Shown here: positions 13,710-25,400 of the stretch, piece by piece
How positions within the stretch are numbered: the first letter of the stretch is position 1
How the letters are laid out: each line of letters opens with the position of its first letter
Source of the DNA: Trichoplax adhaerens
Taxonomy: Eukaryota; Animalia; Placozoa
DNA length: 64,000 bases
Assembly: GCF_000150275.1 (NCBI RefSeq)
Contig: NW_002060952.1
Span: 1,796,313-1,860,312 of the forward strand
Direction of reading: 5' to 3'
Notes under the pieces: model-generated
What the model was told of the DNA's origin: nothing
What the model saw: only the letters and a program-made list of their open reading frames with translations
Database searches by the model: none
Translations under genes and position numbers: made by a program

Positions 13710-14780
13710 TAGCTAATCATGAAGATTTTGATGTATCGTTGTAAGAAAATTTTTAACAGAATCATTGGTCGTAGATCTTAATATACAATTTGAAATTAAA
13801 TGATTCGATGATTCCTCACTAGGAATAACATAAAAAAACTGGTAAAGATATTTAGAAAATAATCGAGTGCTGTATAATTTCAAACAAGAATATTATCACT
13901 GGTGTCAATGTTCAATTGAATTCTTTAATAATATAACATTACCTATTCCATTGTTGTACTTATTAACTAGAAAAGATTATAAAAGCAGTCACCGTTTTCT
14001 TACTTATCACGGCAAATCATAATTTATTGGTGGCCTCAATTATTCACAAGCTAACAATTACATAGATAATAATTGCATTATCGACGATTAAGGTGGCAAA
14101 TAAAGATGGATGCTAATTTTTTTGAATAATCAAATTTAACTGCTAAAGACAATAGATTATAAGTTAAATAAATTTGGATGCATTCGTTTTGATCGTAATT
14201 TAAGCTATGTAAATAAAAAAAATTCCATCAATTAAATGATCAACACGTGCAAGAATTAAAACTGAGATCAGGATTATAACAAGGATAATTTAATGACATT
14301 ATTATCATATCATGGAACACCAAAGTAGTACATAAAAATAGTCAAATCTACTAGTAATTCTAACACACAGTGAAGATATGACTTACATGAAACTATAAAA
14401 CATAAACCCGCAACTATTTAGCTTGTCTTCCATATCAACATTATAACTATACAAAATGATATGGTTTACAACGTTTCCCAATTTTAGGCTACGTTCAATA
14501 ACCGGTGTAGTAGGCCAGAGTATACCCCGCCAAAATATACCCTCGATTAAAGTAACCTAGTCTATTTTATAGCCCAAGCATATAATATTTTCTTTTAATC
14601 AAATTTTAAAAATTATCGCACTTGTCCGTGTTTGGCTCCAACTTTCATTAAATATAAGTTTTCTTATACAGTACACTAAGATCGAGTACAATTTGTTTGA
14701 AGTATAAAATTTCTAAAAATAAACTTTTCTTAATTTTCTTAATCGGATTTTGATTTCCAAGTCACAGATACCTCTATTAA
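13710..14780 (-). repeat. Diverged ~1.05-kb direct duplicate of 16093-17109 (ALG6 terminal codons plus 3' flank)
   Basis: Collinear blocks shared by both copies, e.g. CATGAAGATTTTGATGTAT, ATAATTTCAAACAAGAATATT, GGTGGCCTCAATTATTCACAA, AATTGCATTATCGACGATTA, CATGGAACACCAAAGTAGTACATA, AGTATAAAATTTCTAAA. Minus strand 14780-14739 reads LIEVSVTWKSKSD*, versus the ALG6 end [13 protein letters not shown]. Confidence 0.9.
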
Positions 14781-15062
14781 CTATCTGACTATCCAATGAA
14801 TGATAATTAATAGTTCAGATTTTAGTTCCATAAACAATCAGCTAATTGCATTGTATAGTACACTGTGTAGTATTACGTAGGATACAAACCTGATTTAATC
14901 TACTCGACTAGCTTGCTGCTTACTATGAGTTCTTGCCATTATGTCAGTAAATATAGTTGTTGGTCATACAGCAGCTGAATAACTCAATCATTGATATATG
15001 CAAGCCGATATTTGACACCTTTACTCTCGGATAAAATAGAGAAAACAAGAAATTGATGTAGT
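14777..15062. repeat. Dispersed ~290-bp repeat, copy A (inverted relative to 28598-28912)
   Basis: TTAACTATCTGACTATCC..ATCAGCTAAT..GTACACTGT..TCTACTCGAC..CTTAC.ATGAGTTCTTGC..ATAGTTGTTGG..CAAGCC..GAAAACAAGAAATTG matches the reverse complement of 28598-28912 in the same order. Confidence 0.8.
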
Positions 15063-17067
15063 GCTGGGGTTTTACTAAAACCCCATAATTAGGTTCGCAA
15101 TTGTCTAACTCAGAATCTGATTTCTTAAAATTGAGCAAATCTCTAACGTGGCACGAAATCATGTAAACGCCATGTTTAACCTCAAAAGTATCATTTATTA
15201 ATAGAACACCTGACATGAGAAGAATCCGCTTGTCTTCCCCCATAATAAAAGTCGAAAGTGGCTAAGGTAACCCGGATAATCGACTTGGTTTCCACAATAA
15301 CAATCCCATATTATCTAACAGTTATATAAAGACATTACACAAGAAACATCGCCTTACGTAGCTGTCTACTGCGGCCTTATCTACACTTGGTACGAATAGT
15401 GTAGGTACATCGTTTCATCGTCAACAATCATGAAATTACCTTATAAGCATATTAGACTATTCTACTTCTTAATGCTACCGTACTTCAATTACTACTGTAA
15501 TTAGCTGAAACTACTGCAATATGCAATATTACACATACTGTACTACTGTATCTTGACGAGTCTCATTATGATCAATCATTATTTCAACGAGACATTCAGA
15601 GCTAATATAAATTGCATGAAATTGTGCCGGAATATTCCGACATAGCGTATGCTGTATACAGTGTACAGTAAGGGATAATGCTGGTGTAGGAGGTAACAGT
15701 GATTCCAGGCGTGAGCGAATCCCTATAATTACTACATGACCATATTGTGCTGTGTACAGTACTGTCTACTATATGCTGAACGCAGAAATGAACAGGTTGC
15801 AGTTTGTACTTGTCAATTTGTCAACCGCAAGTACATGCACAGCACATAGTACATATATTTAGGAATCACGTAGTATCCGCATACGAATAATCTACATAAT
15901 ACAAAATAAAATAATTCTGTCCGTTTTTTGTATGTTGCTGCGCTGTATGTTCAGCTTCAACCAATTAAAGCATCTGTATAGTGAGCAGCAATCTAATTTA
16001 AGGAAATCCAGTCGTAAATTTTACACTGTACAGGATAGGACGGGCCTTGAATTTGGATATACTTTATATGGCTATGGCTAGAGAATGGACTTAGCTATTC
16101 ATGAAGATTTTGATGTATTGTTGCAAGAAAATTCTTGAACAGAACCTTTGATTGTAGATCTTAACATATAATTTGAAGTTAAATCATTTGACGATGCCTT
16201 GTTAGGAATAGTATAAATGATTGGTAAATATACTTGGAAAATAGTCGAGTGTTACATAATTTCAAACAAGAATATTGTCACTGCCGTAAATGTTCGACTA
16301 AATTCTTAAATAATATAGCATTACCTACTTTATTCTTGCACTTATTCACTAGAAAAATTGGCAAAACCAGCTACCATTTTCTTACTTCTCACGGTAAATT
16401 ATAGTTTATTGGTGGCCTCAATTATTCACAATCTAACAATTACATTGATAATTATATAATAATTGCATTATCGACGATTACCGTGGCAAATAAAGATGGA
16501 TGATAATTTTTTGAATAATCAAATATAACTGCTAAAGACAGTAGATTATAAGTAAAATAAGTTTGAATGTATTAGTTCTGATCGTAATTTAAGCTACATA
16601 AATAAAAAGATTCCATCAATTAAATGGTCAATACATATGAGAGTTCAAGCAGAGGTCAGAATAATAATGATAATTTGATAGCATTATCATGCCATGGAAC
16701 ACCAAAGTAGTACATATAAATATTCATATCTACTAGTAATTCTAACACAGTGAAGGTGTGACATACAATGAAATTATGAAAAATATAACCAGAACTGTTT
16801 ATCTTGTTTCTTATATCAACATTATTACAACACAAACTAATATAATTTATAGCGTTTTCTAATTCAAGATTACATTTAATAACCGAGAATGCATTCAATT
16901 CTTGATAAATAAAAACATTAGTACGATAAAATCTGCTTATAATCAAATTTGAAAAATTTAGCGCACACGTAGATGTTTGGCTCCAAGTTTTAACAAATAT
17001 TGGTTTTCTGGTACAGTAAGATCGAGAACGTTTTGTCTGCAGTATAAAATTTCTAAACATTGACTTT

Positions 17068-20000
17068 TCAATCGGATTTCGATTTCGAAGTCACCGATGC
17101 CTTTATTAAATCGTCACTAGCTGTAAATTGTAAATAATTACAGTACAAAAAGAATAACGTAAAAAAGCAACATGATATAGCAGAGATCAAGACTGCAACC
17201 AGATCTGGATATCGTCTAGGGGGAATCGCTATAGCTGCGTAGCCATGCAGACAAGACATAACCATAATCGAGATTCCATACTATTAAGAAATCGACAATA
17301 TCAACTTAGTTAAACATCCAAAGGCGATAACCGTTGTGAACTAATTAATAAATTTCTGTATTGGCTTTACCATGTACTTTTGAATAGTACCGACTTGATA
17401 ATAAGATCTGAATGTTATATACAATAAGTACAGATATAACATCATTATGGAAATATATGGTAACAGCAGCCCATCTTTTATTAACAATGGTACCATACTG
17501 TAATTAAAAAACAATATGTAATCATTCACTATCGAAATATATCATCTCAATACACCGTAAACTATGGTTAAAAAAATTTAATACCTAAATGTTGCATAAA
17601 GGAGAAATAGTCCACTTTCAGCAGGATACCACGGCAGTAACAGGCTAGCCGGCCTTTCCGTAATGGTTCGATTACAATACAAAGCAGTCATGTAACGGAT
17701 AGATTCTTAAACTTAATCATAAATTAGTACTGATTACATACATGCAGGCTAGCAGTACAGATTTCTCATGGACTTGGTAAGAGAAAAGAAAGAACGCCAA
17801 AGATGAGTTGACCTAAATAAGTATTTAATTGCTTAATTGGACGATGCATTGTCATCATACCAAGTTATATTATCAATTATCAGCTGCGGCACAAATGTTA
17901 TAAACTAATTCTACCGTACTAACCAAAGCGAGTATGAACCTGTGCCGAGAAGGATATATAATCAAATGGATTGAAGAGGGTAAGACAGCCGCAACAGTTG
18001 CTAATAAGCTAATCAAGTCCATTTTCAATAGTTACGTAGTGAAAATAGGTTAATATTATTGTATACTATTATATCTCTTAGTTATCAATATTTCAGTACT
18101 TGTGTATCTTTGAAATAAATAAATACAACTTAACAATGTTAACCCGACGTACCTGAGGGCGACAAGAGTTTGCTGCGAGAAGATCTGGCGAAGTTTTATT
18201 AGAACATTTACGGTACACCAAACATTAGACACCTTATCCTATTGTGAGTATGTACCATAGCATATTTATTAAAAATTTTGGTTCTATCATATCGTGGTAA
18301 AGTTGTACCAGATTATTATTAACTCTTAGACAATTTTTCAAAGATAAAACTTACTTCATATAATCCTCTATTGAACGGAAATAATCTTTTAACAAGCTGA
18401 GTGGCTTGATTTGTATCGAATAAAAATGGAAACCAGCAAACACCAAAGGTGATGATAACAGTTACTCCTAATGTAATAATTTTGAAAAACGGTTTCGACG
18501 AATGTAAACTTTTTCCCAGGAGATAACAAAAAAATGGAAGGGAATGATACAACTCCATTTGTTTGTAGTTTAATGCTAGTGAAAAGGCGCATGCACCAAA
18601 TACGTCATGGCCTCTAAATATGAATAAAATTGCAATTAATGCCAAACCCAAGCTGCAGCAATTGTATCTGATAGACGGTTAAGGGCTACCTTAAGGTATT
18701 TACATATCGTAACGTAATAGTTTGTAATGTCCTATTAAGTACTCGATGAAATACCAGTATGTACAAAATTTAAATGAGGTATCTAGCAATAGATTATCGA
18801 GCGTAAAAGGAGATTATATCGTCAGAAGGCAGCACTGTTCACCTCAGATCAATTATAATGTATATGAGTATAAGTATGTACTTGATGTTAGGATACTGAA
18901 AGTGGCCGTGATCAATTAATAAGGAGGCTGGTTGTAATAACATTAACAAAGATAGAGAGAATCGCAGTATCCTTGATCGTTTGGCTAAGACCATATTACA
19001 AAAGAGTAATACCGGTATGATATACAGGATTAAATCCACCATGACCACTATAATGATAATTATCAACAAAATAATTTCCAATTTGGTTTGATTCCAATTA
19101 GTGTAGCAATTGCAAGCAGAAAACAAATCATAGCCATTTATGTTATTGCTGTAAGATATACGAGTCAATGGTATCACCTGTGTAGCGCATAAACAGCTGA
19201 TGATTTGAGCTTTCATAACCATGAGATGTATTTAATTCTATCCATATAGGATTAATTCTTTTGGCGATTTGCCCGCAAATCCACATATGATAAGCTGTCA
19301 GTGGTGGATAATCGATACCCCAATAACTTAAGTTGTTATTCGGCGACTCAAAATACCTGCAATCATTGATGTACTCCATATTATTAATGTAGCATTTAAT
19401 ATAAAGTAAGAAAATTCACCGTAGGCGAAACAGTAAGACCATACAGCTTTGAAGAATAAATCATCATCAAGGTGTGCTGTGTTTGCAATGAACACGGTTG
19501 GAAAGCTTGGATGGAGATTTATTGTGGCACTTTATGCTACAATCCAATTTAAGTGTACTCGTATACTAAGCATCATAAGTGAGCTTCTATGACCTACTGA
19601 TTTACTCCAGCTATTCTACTACAGATAGCACGAAAGCATATCACTGCAGTTATGTCAACTATTCAGCTATGTTATAGCATAAATATGATTGATTGATTAC
19701 CATTGCTTCACTGGCAAATTGGTCGTTAATTCCATCCAATGACGTTGAGCCTCATAGTCGCCATACATCGGTGGTTTACCTTTACCTATAGTTTATTCAT
19801 GATAGATTGAATAACAAGCAAAAATTAGTGGGAGAGCATCCACTTCAATTCGTTATTCACGTACAAGTACATTGCAAAGAGTAGAATAATACACAGTAGT
19901 ATTGTGGTGCTGAATAAAATTGCCGGGATTCAATGGATCACTATCCTTTATTCATTCCAATGTACTATTCATTATCATGTTATCCACCTGCACGAATGAA

Positions 20001-20354
20001 GGTGATAGAAATAATCTAAGGGTCAATTCATCATGATTGTAGAGAAGAAGGTGCACAGGCTTGGATTTGTGCAGTCGATATACTAATCTATAGTATTAGC
20101 TGGAGATTATGAGTGGAAACGACGATCTGATGGTGCTAACGCGATTTGTCGACTCTAAGTGCTGGTAAGAGAATGAAACATCCACTTTGACGCATTACTT
20201 TATACTATACTTTAATCTAGAATATGAAATGATTTATTTCATTTTGACCTGAGTACGGGTTTAAAGAGATACACCATCGAATTAATAAGGCTATTAGAGT
20301 TGCTATGATATTATCCAAAATAAATCCATGGGGGTTGCTAAGAAATTCCGCCAT
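17068..20354 (-). CDS. ALG6: Dolichyl-pyrophosphate Man9GlcNAc2 alpha-1,3-glucosyltransferase (494 aa, 11 exons)
   Basis: Exons (minus strand): 20354-20249, 19785-19701, 19356-19178, 19047-18897, 18667-18355, 18238-18153, 18008-17924, 17812-17742, 17653-17585, 17497-17371, 17280-17068; total 1485 nt. Hallmark motifs: [98 protein letters not shown]. The C-terminal KSKSD fits a KxKxx ER-retrieval signal. Confidence 0.97.
18668..18896 (-). other. U12-type (minor spliceosome) GT-AG intron, ALG6 intron 4
   Basis: 5' splice site GTATCCTAAC (U12 consensus RTATCCTT). Branch sequence CCCTTAAC (18685-18678) lies 10 nt from the 3' end (CGTCTATCAG), with no polypyrimidine tract. Splicing restores HGHFQ/YNC. 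Confidence 0.85.
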
Positions 20355-20394
20355 AGTTTCCTTCGCTGCAATCGTAATACGTAACTACTATCAT

Positions 20395-20585
20395 CGACTA
20401 CTACAGTAGACAGAGTGATTGATCTACAGTACAGTACTGTAAACTATTACTCTAACACACTTCAATGTTACAATGGACAGTACTGTACAAGTGTACATAC
20501 TCTACAGTACTGTACTGTATGTTGTGTATTGTACAGTACTGGACGGATAACCATCTACCGTGTGCCATACTGTACGGTGCACGGT
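20395..20585. promoter_or_regulatory. Cluster of CAGTA/TACTG (TACAGTACTGTA palindrome) motifs immediately upstream of ALG6; probable promoter region
   Basis: TACAGTACAGTACTGTA, GGACAGTACTGTAC, TACAGTACTGTACTGTA and GTACAGTACTG all lie within 250 bp of the ALG6 ATG. The motifs are seen directly; promoter function is inferred from position. Confidence 0.4.
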
Positions 20586-21060
20586 AGCGGGTAAATTGAA
20601 CTGAAATGCTTATCGTATAAACTTATTGTTTCCATACGGCAACAATAAGTCTAAGAGCAACTGCGATAGCGGCTGCGCGACTTCAAGGGTTCAAACTCAA
20701 GCCTTTTTTTTCATACAGTACTAAAGACTATGAACTCCTTTGTAATTAAACTAAGAAATACCCAGGAAAACTGAATGAAAATGAGCTAAGAAATCGTCAA
20801 TACACTCTATGAAACTTTAAATTTCGATAAGATCGATATACTTGATACATTTTCATAGTAGAAAACCTATTTCTCTGGTATTTTCTGAAGGAGATTTTCG
20901 TTTTCGCCAATGTCGGCCATGATTTCTTGCCAACTTTGCACTGTAGACCAGCGCAGTTAGTACTGTAGAGATCTCATCCACCAGCAATATTAACTTACTG
21001 TACAGTACTGTACAGTGTACAGTATCAATTTATTAGTCGTCAAGCGAAGACGATACTGAA

Positions 21061-21684
21061 TACTATTCAAAATGTCTTTAACTTCTCATTACATTATCTA
21101 GTATGAGTTTAATGTGACTAATGATTCCATTTCTGTCATTAATATCGACTCATGTAATAACTTACAGTACACTGTACTATTCAAAATGTCTTCAAGTTCG
21201 CATTACATTATCTAGTATGAGTTTAATGCGACTATACTATTCAAAATGTCTTCAACATCTCATTACATTATCTAGTATGAGTTTAATGTGACCAATGATT
21301 CCATTTCTGTCATTAATATCGATTCATGTAATAAGTTGCAGTACACTATACTATTCAAAATGTCTTCAAGTTCGCATTACATTATCTAGTATGAGTTTAA
21401 TGCGACCATACTATTCAATATGTCTTCAACTTCTCATTACATTATCTAGTATGAGTTTAGTGTGACTATACTGTACTATTCAAAATGTCTTCAACTTCTC
21501 ATTACATTATCTAGTATGAGTTTAATGTGACCAATGATTCCATTTCTGTCATTGATATCGACTCATGTAATGACTTACAGTACACTATACTATTCAAAAT
21601 GTCTTCAACTTCTCATTCCATTATCTAGTAGGAGTTTAATGTGACGAATAATTCCATTTCTATAATTAATATCGACTCATGTAA
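21061..21684. repeat. Higher-order minisatellite built from two alternating modules (A ~58 bp, B ~55 bp)
   Basis: Module A (TACTATTCAAAATGTCTTCAACTTCTCATTACATTATCTAGTATGAGTTTAATGTGAC) starts at 21061, 21175, 21235, 21349, 21409, 21474 and 21588. Module B (AATGATTCCATTTCTGTCATTAATATCGACTCATGTAAT...) follows copies 1, 3, 6 and 7. Confidence 0.95.
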
Positions 21685-22437
21685 TACGTTTGCGTTCATC
21701 ATGTACAGCTTTACAGTGTATAGCGAAAGCTAAAACTTGTGGTACAGGACGTGATATTTTCGAAATTGGATCCTCAATTGTATGGATGATAAATCTTCAT
21801 TTTATCCTTAGTCGGTTTATAGAATTATTATACTGTCTGATGGTATGAGGTTCAATAATATACTATACTTAATAACAGTATTCCTCTTTCAAATATATTG
21901 CAAGATAGATCCGCAGTATATTTTTACAGCCATTCCGCCATGACGGTAAAGTAAATGCTTCAAATAGAATTACTCATTTAAATAAGCAATAAACAACAAC
22001 TTTGACAGTAATGCATCATCAGCGGTTCGAAATAAAATAAATAAATAAATAACTCTGACTCGTTGACGCATTAAAATTGCTATTGTAATATTTTATCATG
22101 CTACTTTGAATACCACAAGAAAAATTGAATTTTAAGTAATAACAAATTTGAAATTTTTACAGTAAATGATGTTATTTGCAATGTTTATCATAATTTTCGT
22201 TTCATTCGAATAAACAGTTACAAAGTTGAAATGTATAATACGCTCACTATATAAGTAGCCTAATGTACAACCTACTTATTTTTCATCTTATTTTTCAATA
22301 GATTATCGATCCTTTAGTTACGAGCAATAAATTCATTATATATATAAAGACAATAACATTCCATCTATCTGGCAATCTTAATCGGCGATATTTTGATTTA
22401 TTGTACACGAGTTTTTAATACCTGCAAAATTCAAGCG

Positions 22438-25400
22438 ATGTCTACAATTATTATTGATCCTGATCGAGTTCAATATTATGTCTGCCTTCTTCTTAGTGGC
22501 ATATACTTACAGCAAAGTGAATGCGGGAAGGCTAAACAATTAGCAGAAAAAGCGCGAGAAATAGGCGAGAAGCTAAAGGATGAAATAATGATCGCTGAAA
22601 GTTTTCATAGATATGGTGACATTAAGCAAGTGGAAGGACATCTAAATGAAGCATTGAATAGTTATATAAAATCGGTTAATATAAAATTAGGGCATGTAGA
22701 TGAATGTAATACGAGTATCGCTAATTCGTATAAAGAGATAGGAATCATTCACTGTAGTCAATGTAATTATAAAGAGGCTATTTCGATGCTTGAAAAATCA
22801 CTCGAAATTAGATTGTCAATCCATGATCGCAATCATCCCGATGTTGCCGCATCATACAGCAATCTAGCAAATGTGTATTTAGATCAAGGCAAGCATGAAG
22901 AAGCTATTTCTATGTATGAGAAGTCTCTTAAAATTGCATTGTCAGTCTTTGGTCATAATCATCTCGATGTTGCCAAATCATATAATAATCTAGGAAATGT
23001 GTATTTGGATCAAGGTAAGCATGAAGAAGCCATTTCTATGTATCAGAAATCTCTCAAAATTACTTTATCAGTCTTTAGTCATAATCACCCCGATCTTGCC
23101 AAATCATATAATAATATGGGAGCTGCATATAGACATCAAGGCAAGTATGAACAAGCTATTTCCATGTATGAGAAGTCTCTCAAAATTATATTGTTAGTCT
23201 TTGGTAATAATCATCCCGATGCTGCTAAATCATATAACAACATGGCAGTTGTATATTTTAATCAAGGTAAGAATAAAGAGGCAATTTCTATGTATAATAA
23301 GTCTCTCAAAATTACATTATCAGTTTTTGGTCATAATCATCCCGATGTTGCTGCGTCATATAACAACATGGGAGTTGCACACAGACATCAAGGCAAGTAT
23401 GAAGAGGCTATTTCTATGCATGAAAAGTCTCTCGAAATTCAATTGTCAGTTTTGGGTCATAGTCATCCCGATGTTGCCAAATCATATAACAACATAGGAG
23501 CTGCATATTTTAATCTAGGCAAACATGACAAAGCCATTTCTATGTATGAAAAGTCTCTTGAAATTCAATTGTCTGTCTTTGGTCATAATCACCCTGATGT
23601 TGCTGCATCATGTAACAACATGGGAGTTGTATACAGTAATCAAAGCAAGTATGAAGAGGCTATTTTTATGTATAAGAAATCTCTTAGAATTACTTTATCA
23701 TTTTTTGGTCATAATCATTCCGATGTTGCTAGATCATATAACAACATAGGAGCTGCATGTTTCAATCAAGGCAAATATGAAGAAGCTATTTCTATGTATG
23801 AGAAGTCACTTAAAATTCAATTGTCAGTCTTTGGTTATAGTCATTCCAGTGTTGCTCAATCATATAACAATATAGGATCTACATATTTTAATCTAGGCAA
23901 ACATGAAGAGGCTATTTCTATGCTTGAAAAGTCACTTAAAATTCAATTGTCAGTCTTTGGCCATAATCATCCTGATGTTGCCAAATCATATAACGATTTA
24001 GGAAGTGTGTATTTAGATCTAGGCAAATATGAAGAGGCTATTTCTATTTATGAGAAGTCGCTCAGAATTCACTTTTCAGTCTTTGATCACAATCATTCCG
24101 ATATTGCTACATCATATAACAATATGGGGGAGGTCTATAAACATCAAGGCAAGCACGAAGAGGCTATTTCTATGTATAAGAAGTCACTCAAAATTCAATT
24201 GTCAGTTTATGGCTATAATCATCCCAGTGTTGCTACATCATATAACAACATGGGAGCTGCATATTCTAACCAAGGCAAGCATGAAGAAGCTATTTCTATG
24301 TGTGAGAAATCACTCAAAATTAGATTGTCAGTCCTTGATCGTAATCACCCTGATGTCGCTGCATCATATAACAACCTAGGAAATGTATATTTAGATCAAG
24401 GTAAGTATGAAGAGGCTATTTATTTGTATAAGAAGTCTCTTGAAATTAGATTATCAGCCTTTGGTCATAATCATCGCGATGTTGCTGCGTCATATAACAA
24501 TCTAGGAATTGTGTATGGTAATCAAGGCAAACATGAAGAGGCTGTTTATATGTATGAGAAGTCTCTCAAAATCAGATTATTAGTCTTTGGTAGTAATCAT
24601 CCCAACGTTGCTACATCATATAACAACATAGGAGAGGCATATAGACATCAAGGCAAGGATGAAGAGGCTATTTCTATGCATGAGAAGTCACTCAAAATTC
24701 AATTATCGCTTTTTGGCCATAATCATCCCAATGTTTCTACATCATACAACAACATTGGAACAGTATATAATAATCAAGGAAAGCATAAAGAGGCTATTTC
24801 TATGTATGAGAAGTCTCTGAATATTCAATTGTCAGTTTTTGGTCATAATCATCCTGATGTTGCTACATCATATAGCAATCTAGGAAATGTGTATTTAGAT
24901 CAAGGCAAGCATGAAGAGGCTATTTCTATCTATGAGAAGTCTCTCAAAATCAGATTGTTAGTTTTTGGTCATAATCACTTCGATGTTGCCAAATCATATA
25001 ACAACTTGGGAGCTGCATATGGACATCAAGACAAGCATGAAGAGGCTATTTCTATGTATAAGGAATCACTCAAAATTCAATTATCAGTCTTTGGTCATAA
25101 CCATCCCGATGTTGCTACATCATATAACAACATAGGAGAGGTATATAGACATCAAAGCAAGCACGATGAGGCTATTTATATATATGAGAAGTCTCTCAAA
25201 ATTAGATTATCAGTCTTTGGTTATGATCATCCTGATGTTGCCAAATCATATAATAATATGGGAGCTGCTTACTTAAATCAAGGTAAACATGAAGAGGCTA
25301 CTTCTATGTATAAGAAGTCACTTAAAATTACATTGCGAATCTTTAGCCGTAATCATCCTGATGTTGCCAAATTATATAGCAATCTAGGAGATCTGTATGA

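Noticed and set aside
14944-15243. 99-aa minus-strand ORF
   Set aside because: It overlaps a dispersed repeat and has no recognisable domain.
16656-17060. 134-aa minus-strand ORF after the ALG6 stop
   Set aside because: No recognisable motifs; it lies in the presumed 3'UTR and is not obviously preserved in the duplicate copy.
20570-20711. U11 snRNA on the minus strand (AAAAAGGC start)
   Set aside because: No Sm site and no match to the U11 architecture beyond the A-run; retained only as an unexplained structure.
21061-21684. CRISPR-like repeat/spacer array
   Set aside because: The intervening segments are copies of one module (B) or absent, not unique spacers. The repeat is ~58 bp, the context is eukaryotic and there are no cas genes.
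22997-24379. Alternative-frame ORFs inside the TPR gene
   Set aside because: By-products of the 126-bp periodic coding sequence; no independent evidence.
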